From Oikopleura dioica (taxonomy: Eukaryota > Animalia > Chordata), in NCBI GenBank assembly GCA_907165135.1, contig OU015566.1:7874001-7938000 (forward strand): DNA of 64,000 nucleotides, in the 5' to 3' direction. This document shows, piece by piece, positions 48,600 to 62,100 of this stretch (positions within the stretch are counted from its first letter, which is position 1; each line of letters opens with the position of its first letter). The position numbers and the translations under genes were made by a program. The notes beneath the pieces are model-generated. The model worked only from the letters and a program-made list of their open reading frames with translations, made no database searches and was not told where the DNA came from.

Positions 48600-51500
48600 T
48601 TATTGAATAAAAGATAATAGTAAAATCATGCAGAAAAAGACACCGAAGCCATTAGTTTTGACGGTTTGTGAAGCAGAACAATAAAATTGCGGGTCTCCTT
48701 CGAATCTGGTCCCCGGCTCGATCCAGCACGTCTAAAAAGATCCCATTAGCATCGAAGTACCGAATCCGGCGTCTGCAACGGAGATGATCTCTTTACTCGC
48801 TGCAACATACCTTTCCAGCGCAGAGAAGTTCTCGCCGTCGCGCAGCTGTGTTGATCTGTTCAAAACATTCCTCCTCCGAGGTCCCGACTGGAGACTTTCT
48901 AGAGACAGCCACTTGAGCTTGACAGCGAATTTCTTCACGATCTCCAAGCCCAAAAGCAACAAAAATCACCTGCATAGAAAACAACAAATTCCGGAGAATT
49001 TTCAATCTCAAAAATAAGCAAAAAACATAAACTAAGAATAGAAATCACCGTCATTTTAGTCTCGACCTCGATTCCTTGAAGGACGAAATCTTCAAAATCA
49101 TCGCAAAGTTCTCCTTCTCCCATTCAATAAACTCGCCGCAGTCGTTCTAAGAAATCCCATGTTTTCATTCCCCATCAAAAAATCTAACCTCTAATAAGCT
49201 TTGAGCTTGAGGCAAGCCGACATTGGATTCGCCAGAGCCGTCAGGATCATCACTTGCGGACACGTTTCCAAATCTAAGAGCTTGGTGGTCAACTGATATT
49301 TTTGTAGGGAGAGCTTTTTAAGATTTTCAAACATTAAATCAACCTGAAATGGTTCGGTTTAAACTTAAAAGAGCGGAAGATAAGGAGATTTTTATCTGAA
49401 AAATATGGCCTAAAAACAGCTGTTGAACCTTATAAAAAAGAAGTTCTTTATTTTGGAATACCTTGATAACAAAAACTTTGCTTAAAATGAATCAAATTGG
49501 AAGAATCTTTGTTGGAAGACCAATTTATTACTTTTCTGACATAAGGGACATTTTGCTGTGAATTGCTGGAATAAAAATCTTTTTTTTCTTTTTTCTTTTT
49601 TTTTTTTTTAAATGAGACTTTACTTCGGTTAGGCATTTCATTTTGCTCGTAATATACACATGTGAGTTGATCCAAATAGAAATATATAGATATGGTAGCT
49701 CAATCTGAGATTTATAAGAGAAACTTTCAAATAAACATCTTTATTACTTTTCCTGTGATTATTCGACCTTATTTATAATACCTTATTTATAACTTATTTG
49801 TAATTATATATATTTGGTAATAAAGTGAATAAATATTCCATTACCTGCAAGCTCTGATCTCAATACATTGCAGTTCAGATTCCAAGGATCCCGTTAAATG
49901 CGATTGCTAGAAGCATCCATTAGAAATGGTGATTTCTTTATCAGTCATCGCGTTATCACCACTTGAGTCTCACCTCGTCAAAAAGCGTTCCCTTGAAGCC
50001 ATTCTCGAGGAAGTAGCTAACTCCGACAAGCAGATTTTCCAGCGCTGATCTGCCATCTTAACAGAAATTTTAAACTGGCAATAATCGAATCTCTTCTCGC
50101 TTGATGGGTTTATTCTGCCGCCCGATCGCCGCCAGATCCAATCAAAATAATCGTTTTTATAATTTAGAAAGCATCATCGAGTTGCATTTATCTAAGCTTA
50201 TTTGAACTTGATAGACGAACACTATGCGTGCGGCCTGGCGTAAAAATTCAATCAAAACAGAGCCAGAGTGGCTGAGAGGACACTTGGGTTCGTTGATCAG
50301 CCAATTTTCAATTTTCGCGATAAATTGAAGCATCTTTTTATAGATATTTTTTATCATTAAGGTTTCCGTATTTTTGACCAATAAGAAGCTGAAATCTTAT
50401 CGATAATTTGATTGGCCAAATTCAGCTAATTAGATTCTCGTCGTTGCCAGCCAATCAGAATTTTCGACAGATCTATCAAGAATCCTATTGGTCCATCAAA
50501 AAATTTCAGCTTTCCTATTGGTAGAATTTCGAGTTCTTCCCTGAAAAGACCGCAAAATTGAGCAAAAGCTGATTTAGGCCTTTTAGGAAAGAAAATATTA
50601 AATTTCCGTTATTCAATTTTTCGGTAAACAAAATTTTCGGCTCCAAATAAACTCGAGTAATTCAATATCCGCAAAATGTTACCGCTGCTCTCCGGGAACC
50701 GATTGAGCAAGTCCAAACTCCAAGTCGCATAAAACTCGATTTCACTTTTTCAAATTGAAATTTCCGAAAGATAAAATATTTCTTTGAAAAGTTTCGCCCG
50801 TTCCATATGCATGACTGCAAGCTTTCCAATTTTCTTCGCAGCCGAGGAGTGGGCAGCATTCCAGAGCTCTGAAATTCTCGTCACTGGCTGGTTTTTATCG
50901 CTGATTTCAGAATTGCTGCGGCTTTCATTACCTTCTGATAGTCGAAATCGAGTGACTTCAGCGTCGACTATGCGAGCGATTGAAATTTCATCATTTGCCT
51001 AAATTACTGTCAGCCTAACAGTCAGTTTTTAAATTTGGAAATATTGGCAATGGAAATCATTTTGAAAAGCAAAGTACTTTTTTGGTTGAACACGGCAGCA
51101 AATTGCTGCCCTGTCGAATTAATTCTAAAAAAAAGTGGGAATTATCCTGTCGTTGACTCTGTTTTTCACGAGCAAGTGGATAATCAGAGGCTTGATGAAC
51201 CTGTTGTCTGAGAGGTTGAACGAGCTCCGCCGAGCAATTATCAAAGCTCGAGTGCTGCTGCTGGTGCTCCGCTTGCTGCAGTTCCGTCGAGAGCGCTTCG
51301 AGAGTCTTCCCAAATAAAACAGAAAAATCCTCAAGTAAAATTACAACCCTGCAAGGACCGCCTTCTTCGGACAGCGAAGCAGTCAGAATTCCAGAGCCAC
51401 TAGTAGTAGTAAATTCTTTAATACGTTTCTGGCGGTCTCGAGAGAATACTCCGGAAATAATAACTTGTTGAATTAAGGAAGTATTAATACAGTGTTTTTC

Positions 51501-52000
51501 AATTGAATTCGTTGATGTTCAATTGCGATAGAGAGCCGCAAAAGGCATGCGGGCCCCTTCCCTTTATGTTTTGAGAATACATCAAACGAGGTCCCTTTTC
51601 TTGTGGGCTTGACAACAAGAACGGGGACTGGATGAACCGCGCTTCGCTGGAATCTGACCGCTCTTTTGTAGATACCTGGAGATGACTGCGGTAAGAACTA
51701 ACCCGCTTCAGCATAGACACCCATTCGGTTTTATTCAGAATACTCCGTTCAAATCTAAATTTTTTACTTTTAAATTTTGCTTTTTTCTTCAGCAAAAAAT
51801 TGATTTCCCTTTTCAAATTGCATAAAAGAAAAAGCGAAGTTGCCTGAGCCGGATGATCCGATTCCTTTTATCAAAATATGATTTGGTCCTTTGAGTCTGC
51901 AGACTCGGCAACCACGTGGTTTTGTGACCTGGAGAAGATGTGTTCTAATTGAAACTTACCGGTATAATTCAGGAGAATGAGGACGTCTTTTTTGCATTTT
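48600..52000 (-). CDS. Unannotated multi-exon gene encoding a probable secreted/GPI-anchored Cys-containing protein; 5' end uncertain
   Basis: Short exons with GT-AG junctions chain in consistent phase: ...EIEFYATWSLDLLNRFPESS|DGRSALENLLVGVSYFLENGFKGTLFDE|QSHL...IRAC|SNSQ...FCYQ|VDHQ...DDPDGSGES...LLE|NDCGEFIEW(G)EGELCDDF...TKMT|VIFV...CAGK|TCWIEPG...NGFGVFFCMILLLSFIQ*. Needs one extra G at 49119-49121. Confidence 0.6.
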
Positions 52001-54531
52001 TCAAATTTTATGAAAAATTGTAAAATATAATTTTTCATGATAAGAGTTTAATGAGTTTCATCATGAATTTAAAAAAATGTTCTGGCTTGCACTGGCGCCG
52101 AGCAGAGTCATCACAGGAATCTGAGAAAAGGTTCCACTTTTCGCTGCTTTTCCTGGCATTTCGCCTGGCAAAGTTCAGCATGTGTTTCCACGGTGGAAAT
52201 CGGCCAAAATCGCGTTGCGGGTCGGGGGCCGCCCAGCTGCCCTCTCCCGCATTTCGTACACCGTTAATCGAGAATTATCATTTTTACGAAAAATAAATTT
52301 CATTTCTTCGAAAAAATTTTTACGCAATCAAAAAAATATTAATTGAAAATTTTTCATTGAAATTTGTTTAATTTTATTAATTTAACTTCTATTAAAATAT
52401 TTCTAGCAATGAGTCAACGAATAGAAGATAAATTAAAACAGCAGAATTCGTAAGAACCTATTTCCATGTGGAATGTTGGGGTTGCGCGAGGGCGAAGCTG
52501 AAGAAATTTTGTAGCGCGTCCGGCGCAGTGAATTGAGCCCGAGTATATAACAGATCGAACACGGCTGAGTCGGAGACGAAATGTTTGGAGCCACCACCAA
52601 CCACGTTTCCCAACTCTAGGAAACCCGCTAGTGTCGAAATTTTGTTCGACTTTATCTGAAAAAGAAGCTTTATCAACTTGAAAATCTGTCAAAAGAAAGG
52701 TTCACAATTGAGGCCCAAAATTCATTATTCATTTCAAAAACGGTCCTTTTTAAAAAAAATTTGCATAACAATTTTTTAAGCAAAATCAGCTGAAAAAGAA
52801 TCGTGTAATCACGAGTCTAAAAAAGCGGGTGGCGCCATTGAAAGTCGATTTTTTCAAGTGGAAAGTGCTTTCTTCCCGGCTGGCGTGTTCAGCCTGGCAG
52901 AGGAATCGGGTTTCTCCTAAATCCAGACACATCTGTCAACTAGCTTGACAGAGCTGGAACGCACTTCTAGCGTGACCGACCGCAACAAGAAGCAGGGTTT
53001 CCTTATCCTGTAAATTAGGATTTCTTGTAGAAAAGCACTGACTCATTCATCATCTTCCTATCGTAATTTTCGACAGGTTTTTGATTAATGTAGTGACACC
53101 CTTATTTAATCAAATCATTTTTCAACCACGTTTGTTGAAAAGAATGAGTCACAAAAAAGCAATTCCATAAAATCTCATGAAACTCTCAAGCTCAAATTAA
53201 GCTAGTTAGAAGGTGCTCATAAGGGCACCAATTTTCGGGATGATAATGGCTTGGCAAGAACTAATGTTCCAATTTGGGCGGGAACTCATTTCCCGAAAAA
53301 CAGATCAATCAAGCATTTGTTTATCTAACCGATTCCAGGGAAGAGATTTTTTTTTGTCTCTTCTTCTGCTGATTTTTTGAATTAACGAGGAGAAAAAGTA
53401 ACAGCGGTAATTTGGAAGAAGTTTCCTTGTTTGAGGGAACTGAAGAACACTCAACTTGAAAGCACCAATTTCAATGGTCCCACCACTTGCCAAGGAGGAG
53501 CGGGTTCTTTAGAATCCCTTAAGAATTTTTATTGTTTCTTGGACTTTCTTAGATCTCAGCTCGAACTTTCAAAAGAGCAAAGAAAATATGAAAAAAGATT
53601 TTCGCAAATTATGAGTCTTGGAGAAAGTCCGCTGAAGACACTGTTCAGGGCAGATTTAACTTTAAACTCTAATGTCAAAAAAGAGGCCGATTACGAAAGC
53701 GGCAAATGAGCCAACTGCCCCTCCCTGCTTTTTTTCAAAAAGAAGAAACCCGCCCGCTTGTTTCTGCCGATAACGTAAACCCTTAAAACTAAACTAATCT
53801 GTGTTTCCCCAGCGGATCGGTTCCCAAGTCAGAAATTCGAAAGTGAACGCACGTTTTTTTTCACGACCATGTGAAGTGTATGAAAACATGATAGGTTAAT
53901 CTTATCGAATTTATGTTTCAAGGTCGTCAATTTAGCGAAAAACTGTAGATAATCCTTTATCGAAAGGCTCCATTTTAAAAATTATTTTATTACTTTTTAG
54001 GTGGTTTACTTTTTCAAATTAACATAGTGACGCCCTTATTTTTTCTCTCGCTAGGGGTCGTAAATGTCCTTATTAGTCGAATATTATTCTACAGAAATTC
54101 TTACTCTACGAAAAATAAGCGAAGATTTCTGATCTAACAGATATACAGACTAACCAGTAATCCAATTTTACAGTAAGATTACGGCACTCGATTTTAGAAT
54201 CTAAAAGAAATAAGCTGCAATTCTTGCAAGAAAAGAAGGCGCCGTTCTAATTTGAATTTTCGGCGGTAATGGATTTTGACTAACCTGGCGTAGAAAGTTT
54301 AAAAGCTCGCATAAATCCTCAGCCTCGGCGAGTAAGCTTCTGAATTTTGCGCTGATCTCATAGTTGGACGAGGGGCGCAGGAGACGACGCAGCGCCTTAA
54401 AATTACTCAAGAACGTTGCTTCTTTTTTTCTAAAATTAGTGTCTTTATTTTTTATTATCCGGCATGTGAATTTTATCAAAGCTCTTCCAGGACCCTGACT
54501 CAAGTTTTCTACATACAGCTGGGCTTGGCAG

Positions 54532-54700
54532 CCTGTTTAGAAAACCTGAGTCGGGGTCTGAAAGAGCTTCAAAACGGACTTTAAAAACAGTTTGGAAAGG
54601 TTATTTTAGCGAAGCCGCTTCGCGGCTTCGTATTTAAAAAGCCGCTACGCGGCTTTCAAGTGAAGCTCTATCAGACCCTGACTCAGGTTTTCTACACAGG
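54532..54700. mobile_element. 169-bp MITE-like element with 40-bp imperfect TIRs and two internal GC hairpins
   Basis: CCTGTTTAGAAAACCTGAGTCGGGGTCTGAAAGAGCTTCA versus TGAAGCTCTATCAGACCCTGACTCAGGTTTTCTACACAGG; partial end copies at 54491-54512 and 60252-60278; no clear TSD. Confidence 0.65.
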
Positions 54701-56525
54701 TCGCCGAGCAAAGGTAGGGACATTTACCACGAACATGAGAGCTAGAAATTTAAACCGCAAATTAAAAGCGAAAATGTATAAAAACTCGAATCTATACAAA
54801 AGTTAACCTGACCAAAAAATGCGCAACTGGAAATGTAATATCCTTTTTGGGGCGTGTTGTTTCGGTGGTGCGTTCTAGAGTGGAGTCCTGTGGCTCGTTA
54901 CTGGTGCCAGACGGGCTTTGTTCACTGAAAACGAGGGCCGAGCTGCTCTCGCGTTACCGATTCGGCGGCCGCCGAAATTTACTCTAGAAAAAATACTTAG
55001 CCCCGCCGCAGCGCAATCAATCACTGATTGAATTTGAGCGTAAGAAAAGCGGAAACGCAATTCATCATTGAACCAAGTCCAATTTTCTCGACTTCTTATT
55101 CATTCTCAGATTCATTCAGCTCTTTCCAAGGGCTTAGTCCTTAGAAACAGCTTGTCTTATCATTATCCGCCCAATTTCATTGAAAACTGATTAAGCAATT
55201 TTCTCATGACCATCGAGTCGATTTCAAAAACCGGTGAATACGAAACAACCGTATAATTCAACTAGAACTGCTGCCAAGTCTCCTGTATTTGCTCAAAATT
55301 AACCGGAAGCTTGTTAATTTCCTTCCTGCATGAAAAAAAAGTCTAAAATCAGATCGGCGATCACTTTGACTTTTGTCAAAAAATCTAAGCGCTGATTAAT
55401 TGACCTTTTTTCGATTACACCTCTGGATTCTTAATTTTACAAGTTTGAGATTTCTTCCTTTTCCTGAAATTTTAAATGACCGAATTTCAGTGAAAAAGGG
55501 ATGGGCTAACGTCCGCCCAGCTGCAGTAGTAAGACAGTATCCACCTGTGCTCACTATGCAAATTTTATTTACTCAAGAAAATGTCGTGTCTCAAATTTTT
55601 CCCGAATTTCAAAACCAAAGATGACCGAAAATTGCTTAATTCTTGCAACGTGCTAGAGATACCAGCTCCGAGTTTTTTTCATTGATCAGCTGCTGCTTCT
55701 TTTGCGTTCCGGGGTTTCCTTATCGACCCTCGTTCAACGTGGCTTCAATCAAACCCGCTTTTACGGTGGTGCAAGGCACTTCACGTCAGTTTTTCTTTCC
55801 TGCTGTTTCAGCTGCGCGAGCTTATATTCATAGGCTTTATGAAATTACAGGCGCTTTTTAGGTAGACACAGTCGCAAGCCTGCAATTTTCAAGGCTCCTT
55901 TTTTCATTGACCTTTTTCAATCAAAAATTGGAGTAAACAATGTCCACGAAATTTGAAATTTCAAGTTTCAAGTTTTCAATTTACCACGAGGGTGATTTTG
56001 GTAAGAGCCAGATTACAGCTTTTCGGAACATTTTTCGATCTGGTTCTGTGCTAGTCTAAATGGCAAATTATTTACAGTCTGAGAAAATTAAAATTCTTTA
56101 AGACAGACAGATTATTTTATATACAGTCATATTATGCAAGCTTCTAATCGCCAAAAGAAACAGGAAGTCGGGTAAAAATACTGTTGTTTTTTCATAAAGC
56201 CCGTGCTTGTAAGCTACGTGTCCGCCCTTATGTCATTCCTCCCCTCTCCTTTCTGGAAGCAATGGAAAGTCCAGACTCAGCGAAAACATCCTGTCCACTT
56301 TCCCACATCAAACGTGAATAGACCGGCCATAAATAGCCTTGAAGCCGTCAAAAATGGAAAAACCGAAAAATAAAGGTCGAATCTGAGCGTGGCGCGGATA
56401 GTTGTCTCCCGCTAATTTGGTTTTTAGTCCCTTTTTCTTGGTCGAAGGGACTTAACTGATTTGTTGATTCAATAAACACCTAATGGCCACCTGACCGGGG
56501 AATGAGGTTTTTCTTGAAGTTGCTC

Positions 56526-56730
56526 ATATTATATTATATTATATTATATTATATTATATTATATTATATTATATTATATTATATTATATTATATTATATT
56601 ATATTATATTATATTATATTATATTATATTATATTATATTATATTATATTATATTATATTATATTATATTATATTATATTATATTATATTATATTATATT
56701 ATATTATATTATATTATATTATATTATATT
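56526..56730. repeat. (ATATT)41 pentanucleotide microsatellite
   Basis: 205 bp of uninterrupted ATATT units. Confidence 0.98.
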
Positions 56731-58224
56731 TAGGCATAACTACTTACGATTTGTTTTCGTTCTTCTTTTTCATTTCGCCCAAACTTGTATTCAGGCTCAC
56801 TAGAAAAATATACCATATAGTTAGCTGTCCTTTTTTGCAACATCTGAATCATGTTCGAGGCGTAAAATTGAGAGCCACGTGCTCCAAGAGGTAGTTATCT
56901 ATCGAGTAAAAACGAAAGCTGGCGAACTGAGTGGTGTAATATTTCTGTGAACGGGAGAGGGCCTAGCGAGGATTAGAAACAGGTGGAGTAGTGTCAATCT
57001 TGGGTGCATAATCCCTTTTCCTCGTATTTTCAAATAAACATCAATTTTTGAAGCTTTTGGAAATTTCAAACCTAGCCACGTTTTTTCCGCAGTGATAAAA
57101 TTAACTCATCACTTTTACGTCTATCAAATATCGCAGCTTTTATCGCGGCCAATTTAGCGGCTTGAATTTCAGAAATCATCAAATGAATTTCAATTGATTT
57201 CGCCTAATTGATCATTTTTAATCTGTTCACGTGGGTACCATGAATTTTGATAAATGGGCGAATTAAGGGGGTAGACATCGTTTTAGCGGGCTTTTTCCTT
57301 AGATTTAACGTAAGAAAGCCGTATTTTTTGGAAAATAAGGGTCTCAGCCTGTTAAATCTAGGAGAAAGAAGTGCCCGAAAATCAGGTTTAGCGATGTCTA
57401 CACCCTTAGGTATTTGAATTTCGAAATTCAGGAACGAAAACGTGGAAATTCTGGCAACAAATGCATGTTGATAGAAATTAAATTCTCGTTAATTGCGTCT
57501 TGCCTCGAAAATTATTCTGTTCAACATGCGCTAACAGGCGCAAATTTCATTATCGATTTCAGCAAAATGATGATTTGCAAGATCCCGCTCTTACCGGAAA
57601 ATCGAGAACTTGTCGCCGCCAAGCTGCAGGGACACCACTTTGACAAGCTTGTCGACAGTGAAATCGGCGAATTGTGGCTGTTTAGAATCGCTGCTCAAGC
57701 CGGAACCAGCGGAGGACAGGTCGACAGGAATAAGCTCACAAAGGGATCCCGCGACAAAAAAAAATAACGTAAACAAGAAGCGCCTTCTTCTGCGAATAAT
57801 TACGGTCCCCGATTAGCTCGCGAAAAAAGTCAGCAAAAGAAAGATTGCTTGTTTCCGAACGTGTGGCTAATTCGGGTTAAGCGAATTTGCAACAACCCCT
57901 GCGCCTGTGGGTTAAATTTTGACTCGCCACCTTTTCGCTTATTTTTGGTTTTCAGATCTCTTTTTTCTTCTACCCTCTATCGAAAAACCATTTTCCTGGA
58001 AGCGCAAAAGAGGGCTATCAGCAGATCCTTCCGTAAATCCATTGTCGTCATTTTCTTCTAAAGAAACAGGAGAGCTCTCGCTAGTGAACGCGAAAAGCAC
58101 CTTGCCGATAAACTAAACCGGTTATCAGCCAGCCTGTTACTCGCCACACGCGCCGTAGATTTGCATAAAAACGCAATACATTTTATGAAAAAACGATTTC
58201 ACCATTGTTTCCGTTCGGAATCCC

Positions 58225-59173
58225 TAGGGAAACTCGATGAAAAATGAGCTTTTTTTAGGGCTTAGTAGGGAGGAAGTATAATACAGTTTTAGAAAGCCCA
58301 GGAGCTGGGGATCATTTTGACTATTGATAGTAAGGGGTTTGACTCATGCCCTGGGGCACTTTTGGCCTTCCAAAGGGCCAAATTTCTGGTACTCTTCGGA
58401 TAAGGGACCATAACTTCTAGTATCCCGGGTCTATGGAAATAAAACTTATACTCGGTTGTAGAGGAGGCTCTGACGGTTCCGAATATGTATAGAAAACCAC
58501 CGGGACCCCCACCTCTAGAAGGCGCTAGAGGCTCTAGAAGTTGAGGAAGTCAACCAAAAATCGGTACTTTTTGTCAAAAAAGTGCTGGAAATGCTGTATT
58601 TTCATTCGAAATCGATTAAAATTACATTTTTGATGATTCTGTTAGATTAAAAATAAGTTTTGGGGTAATTTTGGGCACTTTTAGGTCATCAAAAGCGAAA
58701 ACTAGAATTTGCTGAAAATTCACCTCAAATGACCTCAACTGAAATTTTTGAATATCACAAAATCGCTAGAAATTATTTATAATCGATTTCGAATGAAAAT
58801 ACAACAATTCCAGCCATTTTTAGGCAAAAAGTACCGATTTTTGGTTGACTTCCTCAACTTCTAGAGCCTCTAGCACCTTCTAGAGGTGGGGGTCCCGGTG
58901 GTTTTCTATACATATTCGGAACCGTCAGAGCCTCCTCTACAACCGAGTATAAGTTTTATTTCCATAGACCCGGGATACTAGAAGTTATGGTCCCTTATCC
59001 GAAGAGTACCAGAAATTTGGCCCTTTGGAAGGCCAAAAGTGCCCCAGGGCATGAGTCAAACCCCTTACTATCAATAGTCAAAATGATCCCCAGCTCCTGG
59101 GCTTTCTAAAACTGTATTATACTTCCTCCCTACTAAGCCCTAAAAAAAGCTCATTTTTCATCGAGTTTCCCTA
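58225..59173. mobile_element. hAT-like non-autonomous element (949 bp) with about 349-bp near-identical TIRs
   Basis: 8-bp direct repeat GGAATCCC at 58217-58224 and 59174-59181; termini TAGGG...CCCTA; arms 58225-58573 and 58825-59173 differ at only one position I could see. Confidence 0.9.
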
Positions 59174-62100
59174 GGAATCCCCGTTACCAAGTGATGACAG
59201 AAAAAAGGCTCTTTTTGGAACAGGCTGGGTGTCAATTATCTCACCCGCCGTCAAATATCAAATTTGGAGGAGGCGGAGCTTCTAAACATACGTGTCACCT
59301 TCCGTCAATTCGAGTTAGTCTCTTCCTTACAGGCGGCGCGCGAAAGTGGCTAACCTGATCGCAGACCGCTAATGAGCGCTCCGTCGGGCCCTGTCCAGGC
59401 GCGGTCACCACTTCAGAAACCTCCTAACGTGTGAAATTCTGCGGAATATGGCCGATTAAGGATGCCCGTTAGAACAAATCTGTAATTCAAAAGCGTCAAA
59501 ATTGTCTCTCAGACAAGACATTTTGGGTTAAATTTACCGACTTTTTATTGAAAAAAAGAAGGGTCATGTAACTCATGTTGATTCTAGCGCCGAATTCTGG
59601 ATCGCATCATCGCTGGATTTAAAAATATTTCGTGAAATTAAGCTTTCAGCTGGGGATTTCTATATGTTGTCACTATGCTTACGATAGTGTTTGACGCATG
59701 TTTATAAATTCCATCTTTTGGGGCCTCCTCGCCTCCTCGCAACAACAATTTACGAAAGCGTTTAAAAATTTGAAAACTTTTAAAGTCAAGTGGCTGGCAT
59801 TTAATTGCGCAACGACTCAAAAGTACAGTAGTGCAGAAGCGGCGCAGGGGCACCTGGCTGGGTGTTGAGAGCGTTTAACCTTTAGCTGCCCAAACTCGAT
59901 TACTGTGGGTGACGGCGTTGCGTTCAACCTACTTCCCGTCTTCCCAAGCGAGTGTCAGTCTTTGACAGGCGGCGCGTCATGTCTAGTATTAACCCGCACT
60001 GCCGATAACCTTACTGCAGTCCACCTTAGCACTTTATCGCAGCTCTAGACATAACCCGACTCCTGTTTTGTTTCCAACGTAGTTTCAAAAAAAGCCACCT
60101 GCGAAGTTACTGCGTCATTTCGGTTATCAGTTATCATTTCGGAATGACCTTACAACTGAACTCGTTTTAATTACTGATTTTACTCAGATGATGAGAACTA
60201 GTCGATTTTTCGGTTCTCAATAATTGAAGCTTATATTTACACAGGCCAAAACCTGTGTAAGAGACCTGAGTCAGGGTCGTAAAAGGGCTGAAACTCAGAA
60301 ATACTATCTTGAGTTTCTCTCTGTGAGTGAAAAATCTGATAAGATAAAAAGAGCGTTCTGTTTATCATTAAGGATGCAGAGAGCATAAGTCGGGTTCCAC
60401 CCCAAAAACACTGCGCTTACGAATCGATAAGAATCTACGGAGAAACTAACTTTAGTAGCGGAAAGTCATTTGCAGCCTCGATCACTTTCAGATTTGCCTT
60501 GCAGATTAAATTTTGTTCAATTCGTTTCAGAAAAAAATTTTAGCCCATGAAAATATTTTTGGAAGCTTTTTAAAATTAGGCCTATGCAAATCTGGTTCGT
60601 TAGCGCTTCGCTAAAGTGAGCTTTTTCGTATTTTAGAGCGCGCGCTTTTAAAACCTCCAGGTGCCTAATTTTGACTTTGCTTTATCCCGTGGCAGACAAC
60701 TGGCATTGTCGCGTTGCTTTCCCAGGACAGCTTCTACTATCTATTATATTCCTGTTGTCCAGGACTTTTTCAAAAGTTAACAAAGATTATCGGTCTTAAA
60801 AATCATTTTTTTAACAAAAAGATTTTCCTAATCGAAGTTTTATTGAACAAAACAGCCGATAACCGACCTATTTAATTGCTTTTTCACCGCAAAAACTCTA
60901 GTAAAAGCATTTTTATTTTTTTTCTAAAGTGCACTCTAGTAGAGTCCCCTTCTCCCCTGGCCCTCGCAACTGTCGCGGGGCGATCGTTAAAACTCGCTTT
61001 TTCATAATTTTCGCCTGGCGCGGACCCCTAAATTTTCTTCTCACGGTAAACATTAGATTCCAAATCGCCATTTCTCGAAAGTCATTCATTTCCCACGTCT
61101 GCTCATGATCAAAAAAATAATAAGAATTTTGAAGTCATTTGAAAACTTCTAAATCAAAATAAAAGGCATCCAAAAATTCTTTCTTTTAATTAAAATTTTT
61201 CGTAATAAAACAAAAAAAAAAACGAAGATATAAAGCTTTGAAAATAATTCCAGGAGCTTTTTGGTGCGTTTTAAAGTTGTGTAACCCTGATGGCTGATAA
61301 CCTTCTAGCATCCATCTGCGAGCGTTGATGGAGCCGTCAAGGTTTCGTATAAAGTCTCCTGCGAGCTAGGAATGTCGGCTGAGAAGGAGCGCAGCTTGAG
61401 TGCTTGTTTGAGAGCCCGTTTATCTTGGTACTTACTTGACCGGCTTTTACGAAGCCGCTTTTCAAGGAAAATTGCCAAACCAATTCATTACAATTATCAT
61501 TACGTGTTTTCTTTTACTCAATCATCAACATTGAACCTTTTCAGTAGTTCTAAAATCAAAATTGCTTACGAGAGCATTTTGCAAGAAGTTATAAATAAGA
61601 TTTGAAAATTGAGTTTGCCAAAAATAAGTTGGGCCGATTTCCGGATTGGTGATCGAGTTTGTCAATTTGGAATCGGTGATTTTGGCTCTCATATTGATTT
61701 ATCTATTATTTTTGTTCCCGTATTTGAAACTACGTACATTAAATTTTAGTCGATGCGAAAAATTAATCAAAAAATTTATTCCTATTTTAGAGAACTTTCT
61801 TATGGTCCTTTTTCCTTCTAGTAATTGAAAATTTAGAAATTGTCGTCAGAAGGCCTTAGACAAGTTTTCCTTTCCTGGGATGGAGAAAAGATGAATTTTG
61901 GAGGAAATCCCTTGAGTCGCTGGAGATTTGGCTGAGTCGACTCGCGTTAGAAATGAACAGGCTTGGACTCGCTGTCGGCTCGTTTTCCAGCTTCGTGAAA
62001 TTCAGCCCTTGGCCTAGGCCGAGCCAGAAAAACTGAAAAGCGGGATTATGTCAAGGTGAAGTGCTGATCGTTTTTATACTTGCCTCAGCTTATCGTGATA

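Noticed and set aside
56502-56894. 130-aa ORF with YIILY repeats
   Set aside because: It is a translation of the (ATATT)n microsatellite.
57560-57816. GC-richer stretch with open frames on both strands
   Set aside because: No recognisable protein and no phase-consistent neighbouring exons.
58157-60594. Inverted octamer-containing 11-mers (AGATTTGCATA / TATGCAAATCT)
   Set aside because: The match does not extend, there is no TSD, and no snRNA-like gene is nearby.
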